From Ilumatobacteraceae bacterium (GTDB lineage: Bacteria > Actinomycetota > Acidimicrobiia > Acidimicrobiales > Ilumatobacteraceae), in NCBI GenBank assembly GCA_036826015.1, contig DAISXE010000001.1:1-59938 (forward strand): a stretch of 59,938 bases of DNA, in the 5' to 3' direction. The position numbers and the translations under genes were made by a program. Below are positions 59,914 through 59,938 of the stretch, in pieces (within the stretch, counting starts at the first letter, position 1; each line of letters starts with the position of its first letter). The notes beneath the pieces are model-generated. The model was not told the DNA's origin and searched no databases. It saw nothing but the letters and a program-made list of their open reading frames with translations.

Positions 59914-59938
59914 AATACACAGAAGAGATTCGAGTTCG

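Noticed and set aside
1-59938. A novel defence, mobile or secondary-metabolite system somewhere in the window.
   Set aside because: Every ORF longer than about 70 aa outside shadow frames is assignable to a conserved housekeeping family or to a small or membrane hypothetical embedded in conserved synteny. There are no recombinases, nucleases, NTPase/STAND proteins, toxin-antitoxin pairs or compositional breaks that I can see by eye.

Overview
This 59.9 kb window is a core housekeeping segment from what looks like a streamlined actinobacterium (roughly 50% GC, judged by eye). The lineage call rests on an mIHF gene, a DUF1844-infC pair, a GAAC-N4-GTTC SOS box and Mycobacterium/Streptomyces-like gene order.

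I call 62 protein genes, 59 of them on the + strand. Non-coding DNA is almost absent, and many junctions are 1-, 4- or 8-nt start/stop overlaps. Several blocks that are separate in Mycobacterium sit back to back here:
- M48 peptidase (partial), DUF3048 lipoprotein, pdxS, pdxT, yebC, bcp, ruvCAB, queA, tgt, yajC, secDF, rel, hisS, aspS, rarA, alaS, ruvX, mltG, aroE, aroC, aroK, aroB, GNAT, aroQ, M24 peptidase, efp, nusB, DUF2079
- pyrR, pyrB, pyrC, carA, carB, pyrD, mihF, gmk, rpoZ, coaBC, metK, priA
- methyltransferase (-), def, fmt, hisG, CSD-like ORF, DUF1844 (-)
- infC, rpmI, rplT, trmH-like, pheS, pheT, yqgE (-)
- argC, argB, argD, argF, argR, argH

I found no rRNA, tRNA, CRISPR array, transposase, integrase, long repeat or defence-island-like gene set. 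I cannot support the presence of a novel multi-gene system.

The features most worth a second look concern regulation and translation initiation:
- a compact, perfectly paired three-way-junction RNA with an orphan Shine-Dalgarno (SD) sequence in the infC leader, ahead of a non-AUG infC start
- a Bacillus-style PyrR binding loop plus intrinsic terminator upstream of pyrR
- an SOS box on a possibly leaderless ruvC
- tandem ARG boxes on a possibly leaderless argC
- two genes (priA, trmH-like) whose conserved N-termini have no ATG/GTG/TTG start but do have an SD-preceded CTG
- a PriA with no recognisable Walker A motif
- an arg cluster lacking argJ and argG
- a class-1 pyrD, with no pyrK, where pyrF is expected

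All product calls come from motif recognition by eye. No database search was run.
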